Shown one piece after another: positions 52,201-64,000 of a stretch of DNA of 64,000 nucleotides. Position 1 is the first letter of the stretch. Every line of letters starts with the position of its first letter. This DNA comes from Raillietiella orientalis. Taxonomy: Eukaryota. Below the pieces are notes generated by a model, which was not told the origin of the DNA, ran no database searches, and saw nothing but the letters and a program-made list of their open reading frames with translations. The stretch spans positions 248,001-312,000 of the forward strand of contig JAYWIR010000048.1 of the NCBI GenBank assembly GCA_036172245.1, written 5' to 3'. A program made the translations under genes and the position numbers.

Positions 52201-54888
52201 CATTTCGGCTGTTGAAGGGTCCAGGAACTACGCCTCTGAAAAAACATGGTCTTCTTAGGCAACAGCAAACTCCATAACCCATGGCAACAGCAAGCTCTTG
52301 CTTATTAGCCCTTTTTTTTTATCGATATTTATCCTGTAGGAATGTAGACACTGATACAGTCCAAGTGCTGCCACGGGTTTTCGAGAACGGTTTTGAAGCT
52401 TTGCAGTATGCAATCCAGAATACTTGCATCCATTTCCTCTGGCAGCAGCGAGTTGTACGCTCATAACAGGTAGACATGGCTTTCAGGTCCTTGACAGCCA
52501 TCAACTCAATGTGCCACGATGTGGTAATTGGTGTCAAGAACTTTTCTTTGACCTTCCCCCATAGCGCCTTCTCTGCGTTACTTTCCTTGATCTCTCTCAG
52601 CTTCTTTGCTCGGGACCCGGCAGTCGATGGAGGAGGAGACAGGACCATGACAGAGTAACTGTGCTTTTCAGGAGAACTATAAGAACCATTTTCAGTGGTT
52701 GCAAATGTTCGACTGCCTGAAGCGTTGGTTTGTCTCAAGTAACTTGAGCTCACTTTTCAACTCAAGTGCTCGCTCATACCCAGTGAGCACTAGGTTAAAT
52801 TGGATAGCACATGAGTCACGAAAATGTGAAAATCAAACATGTTATCGTATGACTCGTTGTTGACGACTCTGGATATGAAGGAAGGCACAGCTTTTGTAGG
52901 TACCATTCTTTACTTCAGGAAGAGGATTTGGGATTTTGTTTCCGAATGACCATGAGTGGATTGACAGATTGACTGCGAGTCCAGCAATGATAATCATTCT
53001 TTAGAAGTTTACATCCCTATCAGTAAAGTGTACATATTTCAATAAACACCAAAAAAAGAAATTTTGCTTTAGATGAATGAAAATGCTGTAGACTAAGAGC
53101 ATCAGTGCAATATAACTGAGAATAAGAGCAAGGTGAACGTACACGGTAATTAAATAATTCTTACAGTTTGCTGCAGTTTTAATAATTAGCATTACTTTTG
53201 GACTTTCATTAGCAATTTTTAGCAGTCTCAAGAGCCTCTTTTTTTGCCGAACTTGAGCCATTTGCTTTTTCTGCTTCTAAAGATCACCAAATGCAAAGTA
53301 CAGTTTATATAGAAAGCAACAAGTATTTTCCATTGAAAGGCATCTTTGTCATGGAATAGGTTTCTCTCTGTTTCCTTTATGCCACTAAACTTTGTAGTTC
53401 GCTGTTCCACTTAGAGATGGCATTTAAAAATTCGCTTAGGTTTAAACTTGCAAACTGGCTCTAATGACTCGAATACGACTCCAGCACATGAATTTCCTTG
53501 AATGTTCCAACACTAGATAGTTTTTTTTTTTTTTTTTTTATCTAGGATCATAAAATTACCAGACCGTGCGACATATATAATTTATTCAATGAATATAACT
53601 TGTGAAATCTCTTCTTTTCAAGAACACTTGATCAGTTTCCTGAAATTTCAAAATTTCAACAAGATCATATGATTTTCTCACAGAGAGAGATGCAAAATCG
53701 AGCAAGATTTCTTTAGTTGCAAAATTTTCCCAAAATGCCTGAAAGTATTGAAACGTTCCTAGCCATCAACGAAACTGCAAATTCCGTGACATAATTCGAT
53801 GGTTCATAGAGACCTATTGATGCTGTTCTTCGTATCTGTCAATGAACTTTCTTAAATCGTGACTTATGAGGATAAGTTAGCATATTACCGTTATATTTTA
53901 TTATGCTTCATTAAGGGTCAAAGGTGTGTTTTATCAAAGGTATAATTTGATCACTGTTTATAAGTCATGTTTTCTTTTTCTTAGAATAGAACGTGAAAAG
54001 GAATCAAACGTTTCTGGAAAAATAATTATAACAAATAATAACAAGCACAATACGGAGGTCTGATAATTATCTACATGTGCTGGAGAGGTTCTTTCTACAG
54101 GGGGAAGCAATTCGTAGAAATAGGAAATAAAGCATTCTCAAAACTTCATCCTAATGAACTTGTTGGCATTGTAGTAAAGGATCTCAGATTGCTAAATGCA
54201 TCCAAAATATAAGAATAATTGTTTGGTGGAATGTATGCCTTAGAATTGCATAATTTATTACTCTCATCCTGCAAAAGTTCTAAATAAGTCTGCATGTAAG
54301 CAAAAGCCACATTCAGTAAAATCAATCCCTTGTAGTCGAGAAGTGGAAATCATGCGCAATTTGTTGAAGTATTAAAGATAAAATCAATCTAATTAGAAAT
54401 GAGTGTTCATAAGGAATCTATGGGAAGTCCAATGTATTTTATTGAATTAAATTATTTATCATAATTAGTTAGTTTGTAAACAATGAACCTTAAGCAATTT
54501 TAGTCCTGCAGTGACATATTATATTCAGACTACATTTAGAAAAATAAACATGTTAAATTTCGTTTTTGTTTGTAAACAAATTTTTCAGAAGTAAAAAAAT
54601 ACTGCCACCCAATAAGACACCATCAACGATCATAGTTGGGGGATACCAATCACAGCTTCAAAGAACGGATGAATAGGAGGTTCAAAGTTTTCATTGAATT
54701 GAATAATTTTTTTAAGGTTTACACTGGATCACACTACAACGGTGTCTTTAATCACAGGCAAAATAAAATATTCAAACCTAAAAGTAAAACTGAATAAGAG
54801 GTGTTTGCCAGCCCTGGCTATGTAATGGCAGCTTGCGGAACGCAACTGAGTGGTGCCTGCCTCATTTAGTCAAAGAAAAAAAGGCAAA

Positions 54889-55901
54889 ATGTTTTTTTAC
54901 AAAGTTTCTAAAACAATTTTTGTACATAAACTTCAAATAAGGAAATGTTCAGAAGCAGCGGCGACTAGTATTGAAAAGAGTACGTACGGTTTGCTTGGGA
55001 CATAATAGAAGGAAAAATTGGTGCATTCGTTCCTGTCATTATTTGGCACATTTTAAATGATTATATGATAATGCTGTATTATTATGTTATATGTCGTAAG
55101 AGGCTGGATTTCTTTTCTGAGTTCAAATTTAACACTGTATTGCTAAATAACTGAAGGTGCGATACTTGTTTCCATATTTGAGTATGTGTACCCACGTAAA
55201 ACATTTGCTATGAATCGTAAGCTGTAGATGCAACTGCACGTTATCTTGTTTTTAATTTCACTCGAGAAACTACACAATCCGTGAATTGGCAAAATTTATT
55301 TACGTCATGTGCAACAAAATTTCCAAACAAAGTAGATTGATTTCCACCATTGAAATAGGTATTAATCAAGTACTTCTCCTTGGCAGAGTCGGCGGTTTTC
55401 CACAGAAAAAAGGCACACTAGAACATCCAATAGTTGTGTTCAGCTTAGCAACAAATACAAACTATGCTAGAGATAATGGTAATGTATGTAACTAACTTGC
55501 AGAATCTTCTGTTTTTCAGCATACTTAAGCATTTCATTGAGCATTTGTGAATCATTTGAAAACAAGTAAAACAGTCTCTTGATAAAATAATTTTATTTAA
55601 CATTTGCTGAATTGTTGGCATTTAATTTTCTTATGCCAATTAATACTAGTGATCTGATCAACCTGATCACTCCTAAGGTCTGTGATCACTAGGTCAGGTT
55701 GAACAACGCACTGAATGGCACAAAATCACCATCTTCAAACCAGGACTAAGAGAACTGGTAGCAAAATTTTTGAGCAAGGGCCAGCGAGTTCTGGTTCAGG
55801 GAAAACTGATGTATGGTGAAATTCGTGATGCAGAAGGAAAGACTCATCCTAGCACGACAATAGCAGCTGATGATGTAATTTTTATAAATCGGGTAACATG
55901 A
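54889..55901 (+). CDS. SSBP1: Mitochondrial single-stranded DNA-binding protein (mtSSB), 3 exons, 139 aa
   Basis: Exons 54889-54979, 55359-55478, 55693-55901 (420 nt). Basic N-terminal presequence-like stretch, then EKSINQVLLLGRVG..HPIVVFSLATN..QRTEWHKITIFKPGLRE..KGQRVLVQGKLMYGE..TTIAADDVIF (SSB OB fold). Confidence 0.93.
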
Positions 55902-55938
55902 TTATCAATCAGTACCTGAATGGCAAATTTAAGCTTTC

Positions 55939-57489
55939 TTAAACAGTCAGATTTTCTTTCTTGGGTGACAAAAACTGGGATCTGGAGTCGATACTAGCCA
56001 TGCTTAGATCAGTAGGTTCATCATCTGGATCATCACCTTCGTTTTTGTATCCAGGATTAGATGTATGTCTTAGCAACGACAGATTGCGAATGTTCTTCAG
56101 CTCACTGGGATTGCGCAGAAACCTAAGACAAAACAGTCTGCAAAACAAGTTAAGCACATACTCACTGGTAACAATGTCGTTCGCCCTGCACTTTTTTAAG
56201 AATGTTGACCCGATAGTAATAACGCAGTGCCCTGGACATTTTGTCATAGTTCATGGATAGGTGATTCTTTTGGATGCCCCATAACTTTGCCAGACCAGCA
56301 GGGTCCATGATTTTAAATACCCCAGTTTCATGATTGCGCCATGCAATGTAATGGGTATACCGCTGGGCTGGATCATTGAGCAGCTGTTGCAAAAAGTCCC
56401 ATAGAAGGCGGCCATCTGTACAGAAAGCATTAGGATTTCCACAGCATTTGATACAAGATATTACTGCCTCCTGTGTCTGTAACATCAGGGAGAACATCAG
56501 AGTTGCCACTTGTTGCATTTGAGCTACAAGTTGCTCCAAGCCCCTCTACTTGGCATAGGTGGTTGGCAGTGGTATTGGCTGATGACTCTCCACAGTGTGC
56601 ATAGCAGGGAGGCGATTTATGTAGTGGGGAGGAAGAGGAGTCAGCAGAACTCTCATCAGAATCCGTCTGACTGCTGAGAGAACATGCTTGGAGATAAGGC
56701 ATGTTGCTGTCGGAATGCAGAGGCTGCACTGACCCTGGTATTGGGAATCTTGCACCATTGGCATTTGCACCATCTATGTTTTTGGGACTACTGGAAGACT
56801 GGCTATCGAAAGAAAGCGCAGGACTGAGAGTCAGCGAATTTGAAGAGGGAATGCCAGTAATAGCAAGAAAATTGGGAACATCTCTAGGATGCCAGCGTTG
56901 TGTAGGAGTCAATGGTAGTGAAGGAGACAAGGGCATTTGGCCGAAAAAGGGGCTAGGCGGAGGTGCCCGTGCTTGAAGTAATATTTGTAATGCATTGTGT
57001 AGGATATCTCCTGCCCCTGGAGCTCTTTCTCCGATATCCGACTTTGTAAGCAGACATAAAGCCTTGCCTGAAAAAAAAAAAAAAAAGAAGAAGAAAAAAA
57101 AAAGAAAAAAGCAAGCCTTAAAAAATGCCACTTGGAAGCAATGTGCTCACCGTTCATGCAGAATCTATCTGGATCTATTGAAGGCACATCAAATTCATTT
57201 TGGAACCATTTCAGGAATGTCACCACATCATCTCGGGTCCACATCCTTGGGTCCGCATCTAACAATTGCTTTGTGCCCTTGCAAATGAAACAGCTTAGCT
57301 TAGCTTACTCAGGTTTGTTGGTAAATGCGCTCGTAAATCCAGAAACGGCGAACTGTTGACTGGCGTATGCACAAACATGGACGAATACCTAAACAGTAAA
57401 TCCGGACTAAATGTCAGTGGTAAAGATGACATTCTATCCATTGGTGTTTGTGATAACTGAAGGGGAGGTACTGGCGCAGGAACTTTCAT
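55939..57489 (-). CDS. aop: ETS transcriptional repressor Yan/anterior open (TEL/ETV6 family): SAM-PNT + ETS, 5 exons, 441 aa
   Basis: Exons 57489-57309, 57258-57151, 57067-56465, 56415-56166, 56122-55939 (1326 nt). PNT domain DPRMWTRDDVVTFLKW..FCMNGKALCLLTKSDIGERAPGAGDILHNALQIL. ETS domain NGRLLWDFLQQLLND..DPAGLAKLWGIQKNHLSMNYDKMSRALRYYYRVNILKKVQGERHCYQFLRNPSELKNI, which closely matches Yan. Confidence 0.93.
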
Positions 57490-60400
57490 TGGTGGTTTTT
57501 TTTTTGTTTTGTTTTTTCAAATACACTGAATCTTCGAATCTTCAGCTGGAAACTGAACTTAGCTTATCTGCTTTCATGATTCATGATTTGATGTTTCACT
57601 GATCAGAAACACGACAGCTAAACAATGTATAGGAACTGATGTAGCAGATGTGTTGAAATGAACACTTGTGTCAAAAGAAGAAGAAGGAAAAAAAAAAAAA
57701 AATAAAGGCAAAGAAAAGAAAAGCAAAGAGAAGAAAAGAAAAAAAAAAAAATCTGAATTTCGTCTGCACGCAGAACAAAGCAACTTTCGCACTTGGTCAA
57801 CTGATGAAGATGTCACTTTCCCGTTACATTTTTTAAAGCACGGAGAAACAAAGCGATGAGATTCGGCTGTACATGTATTTGCTGAATGGAAGCTTTCTTG
57901 CACCTCAGCAGCATTCCCTCCAACACGATATACCTCAAATGCAAATTCCCTTGACCCTTTGCAACATGCTCGTGCGTGAAAAGCAAGTAGAGGTTTTCCT
58001 CTTAAGGAACTCGTGTTATGTACACAAACGAGGCGAGAGCACCTCGTACGGTGATGGCGTACAGTACTGGCGATCGCCCTTCCCGATCGCGAACTTCGCG
58101 GCCGAACGCGAACAGGGAAGTTTTCGATGGAATTGAATGAACAGCAAATTTTCTTCCGGTTCCTAACTTGAAGTGCTGGGCTAACCGCATTCGTACACGT
58201 GTCGAAGCCCAGCAGCCTCTGGGGATAGGTACACGAAAGGGCGAGCATGCGCCCTTTGCGGCCGACCCATCAGGAGTCACCACCACCACCTCACCACTTG
58301 GCGCCGCATTCGGTTCCGGAGCACACATTTCCACACGAGTCCCTTTTGCCTTGGGCGGCCCCAGTGAACACCGGTGAGTGGCAACCGTGTGATGATGACC
58401 CACGACGCGCCCGTCGCGGGCCGATCCGTAGTTGTAACGTGGCGATAATGCACGCCGCACCACAGAACGCTTTCCGAATCGCGAAAGTTCAGAACTGGCA
58501 TGGAGAGTTTCAGCAAAAACTCCCGATTTATATATGCTGGGGAGGGGGAAGGAAGACACGGCAACAGGAGAAGGTAGCAGCACCCGGTGAAACGAAAGCC
58601 ACTTGCTGAAAGTCCACGAAGATCGACGAAATTCACGAAACGCATCCTTTCCTCCGTGAATGGGCAGCGGGGTTGGTTCCACTTCTGCACTGGCTGCTGC
58701 CCGACGCGCAGCAAAGGGGCAGCAGCCACGCGACAGGGCGGACTTTTCTGCAAGAACCGCCAGAGTGAGGCGGCCCGAAGCCGAAGCGCGGGGGTGTCCG
58801 CACCGGGCGACGGCGCAAGAGTGACACGGGACGACCCTGCACCTTCAAAACAGGTGACCCAAACTCGATCTTTCCGTCCACTGTCATCTTTATCGCTCGT
58901 TGCTGACGATGCGCGGCTGCAATGTTCAAAAGTGCTTCTTATCCACGAAATTCGATCGGCATTGCAACCTTCCCCACCTCCGCTTCGTTAGCAACACGAT
59001 TTCATCCAAGCTCCAGTATCTCGCCTTACGGTGTTCCTTTCCCGTTCCGTGATCTTTCACGAGAGCAGAGCGAGGGAGCTTTTGACGCTGCGATGCAGCA
59101 AATTCGTTCCTAAGCGTCCTATCCGAAGCATTCGCGGTTACGGAGGGTTCGCAAACATTTACAAAGAACCAACTAGGAGGAGATGAAACCTCTTTAGCTG
59201 GTCTTTGATTCATCGGGAAACCGGGGCACACGGAAGAAAGAGAGGAGGGGACGGAGCGTGAAGCAATCACCTTTGAAAATTCGGGAATTCGGGGAGAGCT
59301 TCCTTCTCTTCAGCCTGAAACCGGATCCCATTCGCTTCCTTGAGCTATGGAGAACCCTCCCATCCCAAAACCAACACGGCTTTCTCTTTATCCGGTGGTG
59401 CTCTACCTAACCTTGCGCGATCGCATGCGCCACAAAAAAGACGAGACAGGCTTGCCACCACTGCGTCCTGGTGGCCTTCCCCGCTTTCGGCGCTCTCGAG
59501 CATCGGGGAACGCACGGTTCAAACAGCGCCCAACGCGCCGCCCGCTTCTCGGCCACCGCCAACGAACTGCATCGTTCGAGCCGATTTTCGTTCTGGTCCT
59601 TTAAAGGAGGAGGAAGAAGAAGACGAAGAAGAAACTCAAATTTAAGCATACGACTCGCTGTGCGCGCGTCACACGAGAAACGGTGTGCCCAGGAACTCGA
59701 TTCGAATACTCGTGACCTGCACGTGGGAAGTGTACACACAGTGGCAGCGCGGTCGTTCCAGGGTTAATGTGAGGAGCAAAAAAAAAAAGTCTATCCGCCG
59801 CTGCGAATCGTTAAAAATGTGACGAAGTACGGATACCAACCGCCCTGCATCATCCCTCAAGACGAACCCCATGTCCTTAGCAAGACCGGTGATACAGCCA
59901 CTTCATCTCTTCGGAGTCGGATCTGAGGGCAAAGTCCTCTCGCAGAGCAGTAATCTACCAATATGTGTAACAAACAGGAGAGAGAAAGCATTCGCAGAGT
60001 TTAGGTACGAAGATTGCTATTTGCTCCACGTTTAAAAATCCACCACGTCTACTCAGAAGGAATACATCTGCCTTATCTGGACTGTTTCATAAACGGGCCA
60101 TAAATACTTAAAGTTAGTGTAACGCGTCGCATTTATGTATACGTTCCTCAGTGCAAGTTGCTGATAGGCCGACCGTCCAACCACAGAAATGGGAAGCTGT
60201 CGCTGAACGCGTCTCTGCATGCTCCGCATGAGTATAGCCGCACAAATGACGGCACTTATCAAGCAGCGCTGCAGAGGACTTCCATCAGTAAACAAATGGC
60301 TTCTGATTAATCTGGCAGCCAACTGTCCCATTTATGGATTCCGAGGGGTATTTCCGAAAGGCGCGGGCGAGGGGGAGGGAGGGAGGGAGGGAAGGGAGGG

Positions 60401-61828
60401 AGGAGGGGGGTTACACGAGAGGTGCGAGCACTTTGGACCGATCACCTCCAAGGCGAGTGACCTGCCATGGGAGGATGTGGCACTAACCCCTAACGCCAAA
60501 TGGGAAAGGCGAAGCCGCCGGAGCTGCTCGTCGCACAAGCCGGATGCGTTCGCGACCGAACACGTACGAGGGATAACGGCCACTGATCCTTAATGCGCTC
60601 GCTTTTTTTGACAGGGCGAGAGAGCAGGCACATCTGAAGTGATAAAACAGATCCCGAGCAGCCAGCCAGCCAGCGTGTCCAACGGAGAAACCGAGCAGCC
60701 CCCTTTATCTTCCGGAGGTACTCGGGGAGGGGGGAGGGGGAAGTCGGGAGCGCATGCGCAGAGTCCTCGCGGTCATCGGCGAGGCGACCAGAACACCGCA
60801 TCGCGTGATTGATCAGCGTAATGGGGGGGAAAAAACACCTCCGTCTTCTGCTATCTGATCCTCTGACCTCTCCTTCCTTCCCTCCCCCCCCCTTTTTTTT
60901 TTTTTCCTTTTTTCTTTTTTTTTTTTTTTCTTACACCGGTTTATGCATGTGCACTCTCGTACGAGAGGACAGCACACTTTTGACCCAAACGATGGCGCAT
61001 GCATGCACCTCCGACTCGAAGAACACGTAATCATAAATAATTATAGAAAATACAACGGCGTGATCCAATTACGGATATAAAATTTGCATAATAGGGGGGA
61101 AAAAATGATTTTTTTTTTTTTTATGCGACTGCACGGTGATTTTTTATGCGACTCCCTTCCATACCACGGCACTGCTTAATTGGCGGGATCTCTCTCCGCA
61201 ACGCTTTCTTACCGTGAAGATTTGTGAAACTTTCGAGCGATCTCTGCAAGTGTCGAGCGTTTTAGCAAAGGGGGGCAGCGGCTCGGCGATTCAAACCAAA
61301 AAGGCGGATCTTCCAGCTGCCCAAGAACGGATGCCAAAGATCTCCGGGATACGATACGGTGCAAGGAGAAAGAAGAACAGGAAGAAAAGAGGGGGGGGGG
61401 GAGGGGAGACGTTTGCGCCGCGAACTCCTGCAACCCCCGGCCTACGATCTCCCGAGATCGGCGAGGGGACGGACGGATCCGTCGGGAACTTGCGCCTACC
61501 GGCACCCGCGGGAAGAAGGAAAGCGCCACTGCCCGACCGAAGGGATTTTTCCGCTTCGGAGGCCACGGCCGCACGCTTGCAACGGGCGTGTCGAAGTTCC
61601 CCGCTGCCAAGACGGAAATCCCCGCGCTCTGGGAGGCTGCCGCTCGCCTGCAAAGAGCTCTTGCGACAGACCCTTCTGCTGCGGATGCCGAAAACTGGTC
61701 GTGCGCATGGGTGGTACGAAGCAACTGCTGCATCCTTGCGCGCATCCGGAAGAAGTACTACGTGATGCCATAGGAGTTGCTGCTGCTGCTCATGACGAAA
61801 GCTCCAAGCGCTTACTACGAGCGCAAGA

Positions 61829-61830
<2 letters not shown>

Positions 61831-61860
<30 letters not shown>
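61831..61860. repeat. (AT)15 microsatellite
   Basis: Thirty alternating A/T bases read directly. Confidence 0.95.
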
Positions 61861-61864
<4 letters not shown>

Positions 61865-63270
61865 TCAATTAGTTGCCTAGAAAATGGAAGTCACCACGTA
61901 AGGCAAGAGCCGAGTGAGACCGGTGCTTTTATTTTCATCTCATTTTTTTCGCTGGCACCGTAATCTTTTCCCCTGCCGTTCCAAAAAACCCACCGGATAT
62001 AGGAAATGCGTGAGTATTTGTAAAGCTGATAAACAGGCAGACGGGAAAAGCATCCACCGAAAGAATTTAAAGATGTGCCTCAGATATACACGAAGATATC
62101 ACGAAGATAAGAGCAGGAAAAATTTGCTCGAAAAATTACAAGCACGGCGTGCTCGAGCAAGAAAACAGAGAGAGACCCGAAGAAACAAACAGGAAAACAT
62201 GTGGGCATTTCCCCTTGAGGTAGAAGGAGGCAGCCACTTCTGACGAATCGCGCGAGCACAAGGAAGACGCAGACGAAAGAGCTGCACCGTGCGCGACCGG
62301 CAAGTGCGTCGAGTCCCCCCTTTCTGCATCCCTTCGTGTCGGGAAACCGTCCGCTAGGACGCGACGGTTGCCTCGCAACGAAATTCCGTTGTCCTCCTCG
62401 TCTCTCCGCCTTCGTCTTCTTCTTGCTCACGAGTGCGCCGGATGCATAGCCGGTGGTTCCCCGGAGGCGCGCGCAGATAAGGGACCGTCGTCGTCCCTCC
62501 TCTCTCCGCCTCTTCTGCACCAACGCCGAGGGACGCGGACGTGCGAGCGCACCGAAAAAGTTCGCACCCGCTCGGCCCCATCGACCGTGCCGCACCTCGT
62601 TGCAGGGGGGGGAACCCACCGCTCGGCGAGCAGGGCCTCATTGTTCGTCGTCCACGCACCGAGGGGCCTCCCTTACACGACCGGGGGGGGGGGATGATCG
62701 CGAGCACCGAAAACGTTTCAGGCCCGGAAGGTTTCATCCAGTTCCTCGAAAACGGATTCATTCCGGGATCGAACCCTCAGCCGTGCGGGCAACGCGCTCG
62801 CAGCCATTAACAACGTCTCCGGAGCATCGAAACCCAATCACCTGGGAAATGCCCTCCGCCTCGGCATTCTCGCATGCTGCCGAGAAGACCGGAACGGTGG
62901 AGGGAACACGAGTGTGCACCTGCTCTCTCCACCGACCGTGGTCGACGTCCACCTCCTCGCCAGAACCGAGCACGGAAAACCAACGGCGAATACAGACTCG
63001 CGCCACGGGCCCGGCACGGGTTGAGGAAGAAACGGGGGGGGGGGGTCCGACCGGCTCGGAGTCGCCTGGCGTACGGAGGGAAACTCAGTCGGCAGTGCGA
63101 ATCATTCAAAGCACCACCACCACCACCTCTTGCCACTTTGAGACGTTCCAGAAGTGAGGCCAACGCATGCGCAGCATTTGGCCCGTTACCCCGACGTGCG
63201 TACCGTACTGCGAGTTCCCAGAGTTCCATTATCCACACTTTTACGAAAATTCTGCAAAATGTTACCGACC

Positions 63271-63272
<2 letters not shown>

Positions 63273-63309
<37 letters not shown>
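63273..63309 (+). repeat. Poly(A) tract, 37 nt
   Basis: Uninterrupted A run; length may be affected by homopolymer sequencing error. Confidence 0.9.
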
Positions 63310-63310
<1 letters not shown>

Positions 63311-64000
63311 AAAAGGGATGGAAGCAACGTGGAACATCCTCTTTCGCTCTTGGCTCTTTTTTTTTTTTTTTTTGAGACAGGTCAGATTCGTAATGGAACG
63401 AAGCTCGCGCATTCAACTGCCTCGGAGCGCGTAAGTGGAATCAGAAGAACCTCGCAACGAAAATAGGGAATGCACACAAAGGCTGGTGCGCCACGATTCC
63501 CAGGACTCCCTCCCTCCCTGCTCCCGAGAATCGAAATTCACATCCGATCCGAGCAAGGATGCGCGTCGGAAAACGTCTTTGTTCCGGTCCAACAAGGGTG
63601 ATGGAGAGAGCCTTTTCGGCCTGCAGTTCGAGAGGCAGCCCTCTCTTCCGAGCGGCAGCGCTGTGGTGGCAACCGGCGCTGACCAGCAGCATGGACCCCT
63701 CCTCTCTCTCGGTGGAAAAAGTCGCACGAGTCCACAAAGGAGAGAACCCGCTAGGAATGCGGATGGCCAGAAACCAATGTGCAGCGAGCGGTGCAACAAC
63801 ATCCCGGGCAGCAGCAGCAGCAGCAGCAGCAACGTGTCAGACGGTAATTCGGACAAACCGTCAAAGAGGTTTGAACCCGATGCCATGCCTGTAATTCGAC
63901 CCGCGTGCCCACACGCTCCCAGGAAAGCCAAATCGTCCGCGGCCACATCCACTATGAAATTGCTCCGGGCGGCAGCACCACCATGGCACCACCACTCTCA

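Noticed and set aside
62762..62820. Minus-strand B-box-like GGGTTCGATCCC suggesting a tRNA or SINE
   Set aside because: No convincing A-box or cloverleaf, and no second copy seen in the window.
57574..64000. ORFs upstream of yan
   Set aside because: Same GC-driven pattern, often spanning homopolymers; more plausibly 5' intron or regulatory DNA.
1..64000. Prokaryotic systems (CRISPR array, operons, rRNA)
   Set aside because: No regularly spaced repeats or rRNA-like sequence seen; genes are spliceosomal and animal-type, and the SSB is the intron-containing nuclear mtSSB.

Overview
Eukaryotic (animal, most likely arthropod) nuclear DNA with GT-AG introns, many only 39-51 nt. I could splice four intact genes by hand: KATNAL2 (+, 17226-18904), a Kunitz-containing F-spondin/fat-spondin (+, 24307-45378, 13 exons), mitochondrial SSB (+, 54889-55901) and the ETS repressor yan/aop (-, 55939-57489). 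Mobile elements: a TIR- and TSD-bounded decayed hAT transposon (6924-9709), a full-length decayed mariner (49387-50645), and two related LINE 3' fragments in inverted orientation (about 46.6-48.45 kb). The most striking signal is a run of intron-containing dead genes in the left 25 kb. One is a clear EHBP1 pseudogene with stops, frameshifts, lost splice donors and a CH-motif deletion. Three weaker remnants resemble the cilium/centriole genes DNAAF3, CFAP300 and C2CD3, and surround the still-open KATNAL2. All protein comparisons were made by eye against remembered sequences; no search was run, so the three ciliary identities are hypotheses.
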